A DNA stretch of 61,267 nt, counting the filler. It is 10 parts of 10 records of this genome, joined end to end, with 100 filler letters (N's around TTAATTAATTAA, not from the genome) between each part and the next. Parts side by side here need not be neighbours in the genome. Positions count along the whole stretch, not along the records: positions 31,463 to 35,328 come from SRR7504441_11069; positions 35,429 to 38,508 come from SRR7504441_11100; positions 38,609 to 41,944 come from SRR7504441_11106; positions 42,045 to 49,168 come from SRR7504441_11107; 6 more parts are not named here. One strand, written 5' to 3'. Below the pieces are notes generated by a model. It was not told the DNA's origin and ran no database searches. It saw nothing but the letters and a program-made list of their open reading frames with translations. Position 1 is the stretch's first letter. Each line of letters starts with the position of its first letter. A program made the translations under genes and the position numbers. Shown here piece after piece: positions 31,970 to 43,536 of the stretch.

Positions 31970-34611
31970 TTAGACTTTCACAATTTGCTTTGAATGGTCA
32001 GCGGATCCCTGGGTCGAAAGGCTATCTTCAGCTACCGGATTTGCTTGGATCCCCATTTCGGTTTCAATTATGAGCTCACTTGTCTCGGCCACATTGGCTG
32101 CCTCTTGCCTGAAATTAATGCCCCCAGAGCACACACTAACCTGGCTGTATGGGCAGTTGTAGCACGAGCCCCAGTCTTGTGCACAGATGCCTGAACAGCA
32201 GTTTGGCTGATAGGTGTGTCGAATACACTGAGAAAATCCAGTCTGTTCGCAGCCAGACGCAGATTCTGCTGGGGCTTCATCTGGGCAGTGCGTTGCTTTG
32301 CACTGTTGGATTGTGCATGAATCGAAGCACCCTGGGCCTCCAGCACCCATCTCGGAGCAGGCTTGAGGTGGTAGTTCAAATGTGTTCAGATCATGGTTGG
32401 ACATACAGGTATCAAATTCCTGCTTAGTGTGAGGGCAGTTGTAACATGCATCCATGCCATAGAGGTTAGGGTCACACGCGTACATTCCGCATTCGTCCTT
32501 GTAAGAAGCTGCGATGCACTGTAAGAATGCTGGATTGTGCTTGCAACTACTCTGTGCTGCGTGCGTTGGGCCATCAGTTGGTCTAGCTGTTGGAGTGGCA
32601 GTTGGAGTGGCAGTTGGACTGGCAGTTGGAACCATGCTTGGAAACCCACCAGGGGTTTGTGAGGACGACGATGATGCCCCAAGGCGAAGCATTTCAGATT
32701 TGAAGACGGCAAAATTGATTGAACCAAGTCCTGCAGCATCCAAATAGGTAAACTACATTCTCAGTGAAGCAATGCGCATCAGACATCAGCTAGGACGGCC
32801 TTAGGGTCAGCACCTGTCGTCGGATCCCACCCTGTGACAGCTTCAAAGCCCTCTTGACAGCACTCAACGATATATACACGATATATACCCTCAATAAGCT
32901 CGCCCTTTGGTTCGCCACACTTGTTATTTCCACTGGTTATGTCATTGAATGCAGACCGGTCTACATGCTGATACAGCGCTGGGTTGAGAAACCCAACAGG
33001 GCCATAGCCAGCAGAAAGACGAGCACTGTTGACCAGGCTCACCATGCCAGCAAAAGCGGGCGCTGAGGCAGACGTTCCTGAGACGCTTCTTTCTTTGCCA
33101 TTTACAAAAATCTTGTAACCATTCCCGAGGAGGGAGACATCAGGATAGCCCCGGTTGGTAGTCGGGACCCCAGCAGGAACTGCTTTCTTGCCTAGGTAGC
33201 TTTTGACATCAGCTGCTTGATACTGTGCTTTGTTATCTGCCAACGTTGAAAAACCGCCGCCAGATGTTATCTGTGCTCCAGTGTCCGCCGAGCAGACGAC
33301 CTCTGGCAGACCACGCTCAGGTCCCATCGTGGCTCCTACAGCAGTAACCCAACGCGATGAAGCAGGAAATTGTGGATTGAACCCTGGTGCAGAGTTTGGA
33401 GTCCACGCCTCTGAGCAAGTCAGTCCAGGTTCCCACATCATTGAGCCGGTGTCGCCGCTGGATGCGATGAGGGTGACACCACGGATGGCCAGCTTAGCTG
33501 CTTCTGTGTTAAACTGTGCGACAAGGCTTGAGTGTACAGCTTTCTCTGGCTCGCCATAGCTCATGCTGATCACCAGAGGCGGCTTTGGATCATCAGCAAC
33601 GTGAGCGAGAAATTCGGCCCATGAGGTGCCGGAACCAAAAGATAGGAACTGGGTAGGGGCTTGTTGAGCCACGCCACTTATCAGCTGTGTGTCCAGCGAG
33701 GCTTCGCTTCCAGGGCTGTATTGATTATTTTCCCCCACCACTGAGAAATAGGGCGCCTGGCTGTTTGGCACAGCTGGCATGCGCTGGGCATAAGCGGCAA
33801 GGTCACTCTTGGCAAAGTATTGATTCAGTGTGGCATAGACCGCCTGTGTGGCCTGGTTGTGGTGAGGGACAGCCACATCGTTTGTGATGTGGTATGTTTC
33901 CCTCAGGGTGGTGATCTCGACACTGCCTCCAGCCTCTTTCCATAGGGTCCGGGGTATAGTTAATCCATTTCGCCGCTCACCTCCCGAAGTGGTGTTGGAG
34001 TGGCGAAGAAGGTCCAGAGATTCCTGAGAGCCAAGGGGCTGAGTGAGGTTGGTGGTCCGCCTGGACACATGCGGGAAGAGTCCCACCACTCCGCCGATAA
34101 AACTCACATGTTCGGATAGATTGGCTGGCATGGAGTAGCTTGTGGCCCGCGCCACAGTCCCATTGTAAGCATCATGCTCATAGTCGAAGAACTCCGCGCC
34201 CCGAAACATGGCACTCGCGGTGCGGACGCTCACGCTAGCCGCAATGTAGTCGCCATGCCTGGTGGTCCTTTGCTCGGCCACGTTGAATTGTCCGAGCCAG
34301 TTTGTGACTGCGATGGTGGACCCTGGCCGCGCGAAGATGCCCATCTCGTGGTGCTTCAGGTGCTTGCCGTAGGACGAATGGCCGGGGTCCGAGATCATGC
34401 TGGCCACCCGCTCGATCTCCTCCGCCTCCTGCGCGATCCCCAGTGTGAGCCGAATCCGGCGGTCGGGATCGGAAGGCCCGAGCTTGGTCCAGCCGGGAGC
34501 GGCGGGGACCGACTCCCCGAGCACTGGCCGGTCCAGCCCCGACAGTGCAAGCAGCAGCAGCCCGGAGAACCCGAGAGGAATCGGGATCGGCATCTCGTGA
34601 CAGGTCCGCAT
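31970..34611 (-). CDS. Sedolisin / tripeptidyl-peptidase I family (S53) peptidase with PT linker and Cys-rich tail
   Basis: Signal peptide and prodomain; SEASLD, SSGDTG, GYPDVS, SGTSASAP; GWDPTTG|LGS split by an ~81-nt intron; (PTAT)n linker. Confidence 0.9.
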
Positions 34612-34713
34612 CCGTTAAAATAACGGAGTGTCAACCGCGCACTGTGTGGGGGCCTGTATGGAGCCAGTAGGTATCATGGTCGGTATGTGGCGTCGGGTGC
34701 TCGGGCGGTCGTG

Positions 34714-35328
34714 ATGCACTCCGGCCACATCCTGTGGAGCTGTTTGCTGGGGCTGGCAGTAGTGGGGCGCGCCTGTCGAGACTTACTGCCCAGCTTTGAG
34801 TGTGAGTACTACACCGGCCAGTACGGCTGCGACGCCTGCTGCCTCACCGGGGGCCGCACAATCGGGCAAGTGTGCATAAAGAGCTGTGGGCAGTGCGCCG
34901 CCCCGACCAGCGGGCCGCACTACAGGGCGGAGCAGCAGGGGCTCGCCGCGCTGTACAACGCGACTGCAGGCGGCTCGTGGGCACGGAACGACTACTGGCT
35001 TGACAACAAAACGAGCCACTGCACGTGGTGGGGCGTCGGCTGCAACCAGGAGGGCAATGTGACGAGCGTACGACTGAATACAAACAAGCTGAGGGGCACG
35101 GTGCCTGCGGGGCTCGCCGCGCTCAGCAGGCTGGCTGTACTCTACCTGAGCAACAACCGTCTGAACGGGACGGTGCCTGTAGCAATAGCCAGGCTTACCG
35201 AGCTGACTAAGCTCTACGTGCATATGAACAGTCTCAGTGGCACGATAGCTGGAAAGCTTGCTGGTCTCACCCAGCTCACTCAACTCTATCTGTTCGAGAA
35301 CAGTATAAGTGGCTCAATTCCTTCACAG
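34714..35328 (+). CDS. Secreted/receptor LRR protein with N-terminal ShK-like Cys motif (truncated)
   Basis: Signal peptide; C..SCGQC; LAALYNATAG.SW...W...HCTWWGVGC LRRNT; LxxLxLxxNxLxGxIP repeats. Confidence 0.85.
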
Positions 35329-35428
35329 NNNNNNNNNNNNNNNNNNNNNNNNNNNNNNNNNNNNNNNNNNNNTTAATTAATTAANNNNNNNNNNNNNNNN
35401 NNNNNNNNNNNNNNNNNNNNNNNNNNNN

Positions 35429-36461
35429 AAGGGTAGCGCTGGTACATGGTAATGGTCTGGACCCGGACAAGCTCCCGTTGCTATCACGAGTGGGTCTGCC
35501 TCCTCCACCTGAAGTCGAGCCTCCAGAACCAAAGCTACCACCACCACCGCCTGACCCTGTCGAGACCCAGGCTGCAAAGGTGGAACAACAGGCTGTGCAT
35601 GTGGAGCTGCTCAATGCCAAGCTGGCAAACTTAACGAGGGCGGGGCCTCCTGAGGATGGAATCGAATACCTGAAATATGACGCTCGCCTGGATGAACTGA
35701 GACAGCAAGTTGAGGAGCAGACTGCACAACTGACAGCAGCCAAGCAAGAGCTAGAGGACCTTGAGGGCTCTAAGGAGCTAAGCGAAGCAAGGCAGGCAAT
35801 GAAAATTGCTCTTGTCAAAGCAAATGGTTACAAGAAGCAGTATTCAGAATTCACAAAGGCTGTGCCCATAAACAAGTTCCAAATAGGGAGGGTGAAGGAA
35901 AAGCTTGTGAAGGCCAACGAGGCTTATGCAGATGCCAAGGAGGCATACACCAATCTCATCATGGGCCAGCGTGAAGTTATTAAGGGAGAAGTCCGGAAGG
36001 GTGCTGAAGTTTTGGAATCCACTCAGAATGAGGTCAGTGCAGCAGCAGCTTCTGGCAACAAGGAGGTAGTGGCAGAAAAGCAAGAGGAGGTCAATAAGCT
36101 GGCAGCACAGCTGAACCTAAAGAAACGGATGCTCGAGAGGCTGCACGCCCTATCAAAGCTGATGGGCGCTCCAGAGGCCCCACCAGGAATGTACTACTGG
36201 CCAAATGCCACGGAGCAGAAGGCTTTAAAGATCAAATCCACTGAGGCAGTGACGAAGCAGATGTCCGAGAAGGTGAGCCTGCTTCATCAGACTAAGGAGG
36301 AGGCAGCACCTCGTGATCAAGCAGCAGAAGCGAGTGTCGAAGATGCAGCCCAAGATTCAAATAATGACGCTGACAACCAATGGCAACACGTTAGCTCAAA
36401 GTTGAGGGATTATTTTGACGCGGAACTTTCCCGTATGTTTCAAGCAGTTCAAACCGATTAG
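35429..36461 (+). CDS. 3' part of a coiled-coil protein
   Basis: Frame open from the contig start; proline-rich linker followed by heptads. Confidence 0.7.
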
Positions 36462-37800
36462 ATCTTAGGTCCATACTGTATTCTTAAATTTTTAAATGAA
36501 TTTATCTCCTCGAAAGCATTTGCCGTGGTCACGAAGCCACAATTCCTAGCTATGTGGACGTGTGGAACCGAACGTTCACTTCATAGCAGCCGAGTACCCA
36601 GCGGTGGAGAACCGTCGTATGCGTACCCGCCCCGATTGTTTAGGCGCCGGCAAATTGAACGCGCCGCTCGGAAGTCCGATCGGCTGCGTGTCCGGGATCG
36701 CCGGGCGTGGCCAGGCTGGCCTGGCTAGGACTCAGCCCCTCATTGCTATCCCTTGGCAGGTAGCGGCCATCCGGCCCTCTGGCTACCCTCTGGCCATGTG
36801 TGATCTGACCGTCGGATCGACTACGGGTCTAGATCTAACGTTATCTACAGTAGTACTTGCCTAGACCTACAGTAGGCCTTGCATCGTGCCTAGTGCTCGC
36901 AAGTCGCTATCATAGGTCTAACGACTTTCTTCTGGGGATGACAGGGGGTCCATGATGGGGCGTCACATGGGGGCTTGGCTGGCAGGCATTGCCGCCTCGC
37001 CATCCACGTTCTGTGCAGTGCCAAGGCACATTGCAGTGAGATGGAGAGGCCAGTCGTCCCAAGAGGCACGTCTGAAGAGCACGCATGTGACTCCAGCACA
37101 AATGAGCAGGGCCTTGATCCAATATATTGGCTGAGACCTCGTCGCCTGCTCACCGAGACTGGCGGTCCTTGATGTACTACAGGTGACTCAGATACCACTG
37201 AAGACATCAGAGGAACGTCTGGATGGGCACGACCAAGAGCAGGCAATCAAGGGCATTTGCTAATCAAATTTCATGTGGGTGGGGCAGCCACAAGCACGAC
37301 AGAGTGGCAAAGACATGGCGTGGATTTTGGTCCTGCGGAGTTCACTATGTGACAACTATGATCTACTTCATATCAAACGCATCCATGAATGTCATGAAGC
37401 CCTATACACAGTTATTAAGATTCGTGAGTACGTAATTTGTGATAAATTCGTGAGTAGTTAATTGGTAGTTAATACACCACTCACAAGGACGAGTGTATCA
37501 GACCTAATAGTTTCGCACCTTGCTCGAAAGCGCAAAAACAAGTTGCCCACAAGTGCGATTATTACAACAAGATTCCCTATACGTTAATTCTTGATATATT
37601 CCTTGAGCTACAAGATCATCAGGGAGCTGCATGAACAACTCATGAGAGCGCTAGCGGCACAAAAAGCTTTAATACGTCGAGTACAACGGTGGTTTAATAA
37701 TACTTATCTGGGCGGGCCTCTTGGCACGATTGGAAGCTGTCCATGAATTACATTTGATGAGGTGCTGCTTTTGAAGTAGCGCGAGCTAATAATTGTTCAC

Positions 37801-38508
37801 TTAGGATGCTGTGATCACTGTGCCTTTGGTGGCACAGCACTGTGGACAAAACCAATCACCCTCGGGCAGGTCATCGATGTTCTGCACAGGCGGCTTGAGG
37901 CACATCAAATGGTAAGCCAAAGGACAGCCGTCACAGACCAGCAGCTCGCCGACCTCTTTACACACGTTACAGAATGAATCATGCCCACCGGGGCTGGGGG
38001 ATGGCAGGACCCGCCTCTCCCGCATCGACTGCTGATTAACCCACTGCTGGAGGAGTTTGGTGTACTCTTGCTTGGCTGTGCAATCGAGGCTGTCTTGCTC
38101 GATAGCCTTCTGGTAAGCAGCGCTTTGGGCGGCCCATGCCTTTGAGGAACGTATGTGGCTGAGTACTCCTTTGCGCGAGTCAAAGTAGTGCTTCCGATTC
38201 TGAAACTGCTTTGAGAAGCGGGTAGGCACCTCAGGTGGCAAGAAGTACAGGTCGTTGGCCCGGTTGCCAATCTCGATGCGCCACCCACTGGATGTCAGCA
38301 AAGGCCACAGCTTGAGGTAGAAAAGATCTCGGGTATTGGATTTCAACTTAACCAATGTGAACCACTTGTCACCCGAGATTTGTGCAGATCGTTTCTTGTC
38401 GCCGTCAGCATCTACCAGACCATTAAGTCGGGCCTTGACCCCATACTGGCCCGTGAGCCGATTGCTGCCCTCCCCACTGACCATTCTATCGTCAGTGAAA
38501 ACGAGCTT
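37801..38508 (-). CDS. 3' part of a PHD-finger chromatin protein
   Basis: [28 protein letters not shown]...[10 protein letters not shown] (C4HC3). Confidence 0.88.
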   Translation of the reverse strand, partial: KLVFTDDRMVSGEGSNRLTGQYGVKARLNGLVDADGDKKRSAQISGDKWFTLVKLKSNTRDLFYLKLWPLLTSSGWRIEIGNRANDLYFLPPEVPTRFSKQFQNRKHYFDSRKGVLSHIRSSKAWAAQSAAYQKAIEQDSLDCTAKQEYTKLLQQWVNQQSMRERRVLPSPSPGGHDSFCNVCKEVGELLVCDGCPLAYHLMCLKPPVQNIDDLPEGDWFCPQCCATKGTVITAS

Positions 38509-38608
38509 NNNNNNNNNNNNNNNNNNNNNNNNNNNNNNNNNNNNNNNNNNNNTTAATTAATTAANNNNNNNNNNNNNNNNNNNNNNNNNNNNNNNNNNNN
38601 NNNNNNNN

Positions 38609-39161
38609 CCCTGTCCTCAGGGGAGGCCACGCACATTGCCGCCAGTGCGGCCGCCCTATCTTCGGTATATATCGCAGCTGTGTCCACGCGGGTCGCTGTT
38701 GAGACCTCAGCCCGGCCCGACAGCTCTCCAAGCCCTTTGGCCACGCCACGCACCTGGCTCGCTAAGGCCATCTGATGCTCCCCGACCAGCATCCCGTCCA
38801 GCTGGCTCGCAGGGAGGCCCACCAGCGGCACCGCCCGTGCGCCTGGGCCTCGTTGGGCTTCCAGCCGGCGGGCGAGTTCCAGGACTTGGCTCTCAAGGGC
38901 TTCGAGCTCAGGGCTCGGTACGTTGCTCTTCTCGGCCAACTCGGTCAGCTGCCACCAGAGCCGCTCCACCTCGCCGGCTTCGGCCAGCTGGTTGCTGTCC
39001 AGCAGCTGCTTGGCAGCACGGTCCAACCCCTCCGCAGCCGCCACCAGCTGGCACGGGACCTCCGGGAGCTGGGCAGAGCTGCGGCGGGCCCCGAGCTGGA
39101 TCTGGGCTAGCCTAAGCTCCATGACCATCGTGTTGAGCGAGGCGGCGGCCGGTTCGTTCAT
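38609..39161 (-). CDS. 5' part of a hypothetical helical protein
   Basis: GC3-rich ORF running into the spacer. Confidence 0.55.
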
Positions 39162-39527
39162 GGCTCCCGGCAGGAGTCAGGCAGTCAGCTGCTCTGGAGC
39201 ATCAACCCCAGCGTGCAGGCATGCCGTTTCTTGCCCGTTTCTTGTCAATCAACACGTGAAACAAGGTCAATCAAGGCCTGATCGCCTGATGTCTGATGTC
39301 TGCGCTACTGAACCTCTAACTACTACGAGTACAATGTCGTGACGTTGTCATTGTCAACAAGTACATGTACATGTACAAGGTTTATTACACTGATACTCAA
39401 TTACGAGTATATTACGAGTAAGTACTACTTAGGTTATAGCCTTTGGGCCAGGCCGCCAGGGCCGATCAGATGAATCAGACAAGGTCGTAAAGTTGGACAA
39501 CCCAGCCATGCAGTGAGCACACAATCA

Positions 39528-40619
39528 TCAATCGTCTTTGTCGCTCCACTCCTCCTGCACATCCGGCGAGGATGCAGCAGCGCCCCCAAAGGATCCACTA
39601 GCCTTCCTCTCCCTAGTCCTAGCCCTCTTCAGCTCCCGCTCAGCGCTGATCAGCCGGGCCTGCCCAGCCTCCGCCCCGTCCAGCCCAGTCCGCCACCTGG
39701 TTTTCACACAATTCGGCGTTGGTCAGCCGTTGCCTATCTAACGCTGTCTTAGTCTCCACCTCGAGCCTGAGCACCTGCCCGAGCACTCAGCTCCCGCCAC
39801 CCCAGCCCGCCTGCCTCCTCCTTGAGCGCCTGAACTTGCGCCGGCCCCGCGTCGGCCGCCTGTCGTCGTAGCGTCTGCAGCTCATCGTCTTGCAGGCTCA
39901 GCTGCTCACTCAGCTCGGCCACCGCAGCTCGAAACCCCGCTGCCTCCAGCTGAAGTGCCTCTAGGTCCTCTCCCCGCAGCTCGGTGCCCACCGCCACACC
40001 GCACGCGTTCGCCTGCCCCCACCGCTCGCCGCCCGCCCAGGCCCCGACCACCTTCCGCTCGCGCTCCAGCCGGGCCGCTTCCACAGCCTCGTTCGCTGCC
40101 TGAGCTCCCCAACCGGCAGCCCCAGCCGGGCACCTCGCGCTGCAGCGATCTGCTCAAGCCGGCCGAGCTGGGCCGCCATCAGCTGGTTCTGGTTCTGACC
40201 GCACAGCTCGCCCGGCCCGAGCCAGCGGGCGAGACCTTGAGTAGCTGCCCATCCTCCTGCGCGGCCTCCAGCCTGTCCGAGAGCATCTCGGCCGCGCGCT
40301 GCCAGTCAACGGACGGTGCAAACACCGACTGCAGGTCCGCCGCCGCCCCCCGGTGGTCGGCGGCCGGCGGGAGGCCTCGCGTGGACGAGAGCTGCCCGGG
40401 CGGGCCGGAGGGCGTGACCCAGCTCGGCTGCCCGGGTGCGCCAGCGGCGGTCCACCAGCCCGGTCGGCCGAGCTCGGGCCCAGCGGTGGAGGCCTGGCTG
40501 GCCGAGGCCTGCGGTCGTGGGAACGAGGCGTCCAGGCTCGCGAACCTCACACTGTCCATCCGCTCTGCTGGTGTCGCCCTGCTGGTGTCGCCCTTGATCT
40601 TCGCAATATTCAGAATCAT
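39528..40619 (-). CDS. Multi-exon coiled-coil protein
   Basis: Heptad exons joined by ~40-nt introns, including GC-AG 39775-39814. Start may be 40559. Confidence 0.6.
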
Positions 40620-40674
40620 GCAATCATAGCGGCCGTTGGGTTTCTGGAACGAGGCGACGACTGCATCAGTTGCA

Positions 40675-41411
40675 ATGCCGGGCCCCGCAGAGTGGGTGAG
40701 CATCCTGACCAACCCGCGCCCGATCGGGCCGCCCAAGCGGATGAGGGTCCGCCACGTGCAGGACACCTCCAGGGCCGACCCCTACGGCAGTGTGCGCCGG
40801 CACAGCGAACAGCTTTGCCTGGAGCCGGACCTGGACCCAGAAGAGGACGAACAGGCCAAGGCTGCAGCCGCCCAGCGCACTGCCGACCTGACCGCAATGC
40901 TCGAAGCGGCCGAGGCTGCAGCAGCCGCGGCCGCAGACTCGGCCGCAGCCTCGGCGGTGGCCCAGCTCAAGTCGGCCGAGGCGCAAGTTGCCAGCCTGAA
41001 GGCGGAGCTGCAAGCGGCAGACAGCACGCTCGACGTGAGCCTGGCCAGAGAGCCGTTGGAGCCTCGGACCAAAAGCGGGCAGCAGGTGCTGGTCTACCTT
41101 TGCCCGGCCAACCCGCAGGCTCCGACCGACGTCACGTACGCCCCCCCGGCCAGAAGACCTACCGCTCGCTACCGGCCTGGACCGCGCTCCCCACCCGCCC
41201 GACGGCACCAGAATCATGATCGGCACCTGCCCCAACGGTTTCGATCGGGGCGGTCCGGTGTGCCCCAGCTCGACGAGGAAACCGCGGTGTGCCTGGCGGA
41301 TGGCCGCATGCCGATCACCGTCGGTAACAGGTGAACCAGTTCGAGTCCTCCGTGACCGGCGGCTACATGTCGCGGACAGGCCGAGCCAAGGTCTTCGCCG
41401 CCCAATACTAA
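40675..41411 (+). CDS. Hypothetical Ala-rich coiled-coil protein
   Basis: GC3-rich ORF; last exon VNQFESSVTGGYMSRTGRAKVFAAQY* after a 44-nt intron. Confidence 0.5.
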
Positions 41412-41605
41412 TCAAAGCTAGCTCCGCAGTGCAAAGCACACATGTATTTATAATAAATCTCTAACGATCTCTAAGCGCAATCCGTGAAGGCTTTACACTC
41501 ATTCAAGCTCATCGGCTATGCCATTGCAGCCTTGTAACAGCCGTGGATTCGCCTTGATCGTGAGGCGCTACCAGAATATGTCAAGCCGCGCCCCAGGGGG
41601 GGCGA

Positions 41606-41944
41606 CTAGAAGTCCATGCTTGGCTGCGCCCGCACCTCCCGGGCCCGGGCCACCCTCTCTGCCTGAAACGTCCTCTGCCGGAAGCCACTCAGCAGGCCCG
41701 GCTGCAGCACCGGCACCTCTAGCTTGTCCATGAACTGATCAAACACCTCGACGTACGGCTGCACGCAGCTCGACCGCAAAAACTCTGCCCGGTCGCTGAG
41801 CCAAGCCCTCTGTGGGCGCGCACCGTTCCTATCGAGCTGGCCGTTGGCAGCAGCCGCATTCCACTCGTCAAACAGCTGCTGCACAGTGGGCACCGCCTCC
41901 GGGTTGAACCCCTCGCAGTCATGCGGGTCGAACGGAACGCACAC
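41606..41944 (-). CDS. PRIM1: DNA primase small subunit, 3' end
   Basis: VCVPFDP...FNPEAVPTVQQL..E...PYVEVFDQF...MDF* matches the eukaryotic primase p48 C-terminus. Confidence 0.75.
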   Translation of the reverse strand: MCVPFDPHDCEGFNPEAVPTVQQLFDEWNAAAANGQLDRNGARPQRAWLSDRAEFLRSSCVQPYVEVFDQFMDKLEVPVLQPGLLSGFRQRTFQAERVARAREVRAQPSMDF

Positions 41945-42295
41945 NNNNNNNNNNNNNNNNNNNNNNNNNNNNNNNNNNNNNNNNNNNNTTAATTAATTAA
42001 NNNNNNNNNNNNNNNNNNNNNNNNNNNNNNNNNNNNNNNNNNNNAATGTGTTCCACATTTAAGCGCATAATTAATACATCATTCTACTCGTACCTCTACT
42101 AAGTCGAAAGTTCGCATATTTCACATAATTATTTCAACTTAATACTTTGAGCGCCATGCATACGCCATGCATAATTAAAGTCAGACATGTCCAGAGCCTT
42201 CCCAACTGGCCAACTCTCCGTGTGTTGTTCTCCTCACGCGATGAGCCGTCAATGAGCCGTCGGGTGAATAGGCGTTGATTGCCACAACGTCACAA

Positions 42296-43230
42296 TCATA
42301 AGAACGGCTTTGTTTTCGGGCCCTTGTTTGTTTTCTGGCTCAATGGCAACCGCCCGGCGCCTGCTGATTTGGTTCTCTTTGTTGAGCTGCTGCCGCTCTG
42401 CTTGTGCCTGCCCTTTTTGGTTGGTCTGTCCTCCCGCAGTTCAGCGATGATTTCCTTCTGGCACCGGCGGATGTGCTCCGAGCGCTGCACCAGCCAATCC
42501 TCACCAGCCCGCCGGGAGCTTCACCTCCAACGACTCGGTCACGCTCTCCAGGTCCCGGCGCAGCTGGGGCATCTGCCCGGCCGCCTCACGGAAAACCTTG
42601 AGCTTGCCCTCTGCAGCTTCCTTCTCGCGTGTCAGCACAGATATCCTGTATGCGTCCTGCTCTCTCTCCTGGGATGCGAGGTCAGTGCCCAGCCGGCGCG
42701 GGCGGCAGCGCCTTTTGCAGCTTGTTTATCAGTTTCTGGCAGCGGCGTAGCTTGCCTGCGCTGCTGCCGGCTTCAAGTTCTATCAATGAAGACAGGTGTT
42801 GTGCAGAGTCTGGCTGCTTTGCTACGCTGCCGAGGGCCCAGGCTCAGCGGCCGCGTCGGCGGAGCGCACCTGGTCTGTGTTGCAAGCTGCAGCTCGTTGT
42901 TATACGGCTGGGCCACCTGACAGCCGATGGGCGCGTGGGCGGCCTGTGGTGCAACCTGTCCGGATCTGGCCAGCTCGCATGCCGGCTCGGCCGGCGCTGG
43001 TAGGGCCAGCCCAGCCTCCGGGGAGCAGATCGAGGCTTGCAGCTGACTCATCTTGTCCTGCAGCGAGTCGAGCTGCCCAGCGCTCAGCGGCCGCACCAGC
43101 TCGGGACAACCTCGGACTGCCACGCGCTGCGCTCCTCGGCCGGGCTGCTGGCGCTGCTGCTGGCGGGCGGTGACTGGTCGGTTGACCTCGAGCGAGCCAG
43201 CAGCCGCCGATAACCCACGGACGCACTCAT
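42296..43230 (-). CDS. Multi-exon coiled-coil protein
   Basis: MSASVGYRRLL...LDSLQDKMSQLQ...LRRDLESVTESLE|RSEHIRRCQKEII, with short introns. Confidence 0.55.
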
Positions 43231-43536
43231 CTCCGGCCCGGCCTGTCGTCTGAGCAGCTGCTGGCCTGGGGTACGCGGTCAGCCAGGTGGAGGGGGCGGG
43301 GCACCGGCCGAGGAGCGGAGCACCAGCCCAGCCCCGAGCGCCGCCCCGGGCGATAAGCTAAGCATGCTTGGGCTCGAGCCCGGCCCGCGAGCCAGCACCC
43401 CGTGGGTCCCGCCGGAGTGGCTGCGCGGCTGTTGCCCCGGCGTCTCCAGCCGACGCAGCCACGATTCCATATATCAAACGTTTTGAAGCCCAACGGAATT
43501 GATCTCGTGTGGGCCCGGCGGGAGCACCGGCATATC

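Noticed and set aside
32740-32812. Box C/D snoRNA in the longer sedolisin intron
   Set aside because: CTGA boxes are present but there is no proper RTGATGA box C or terminal stem.
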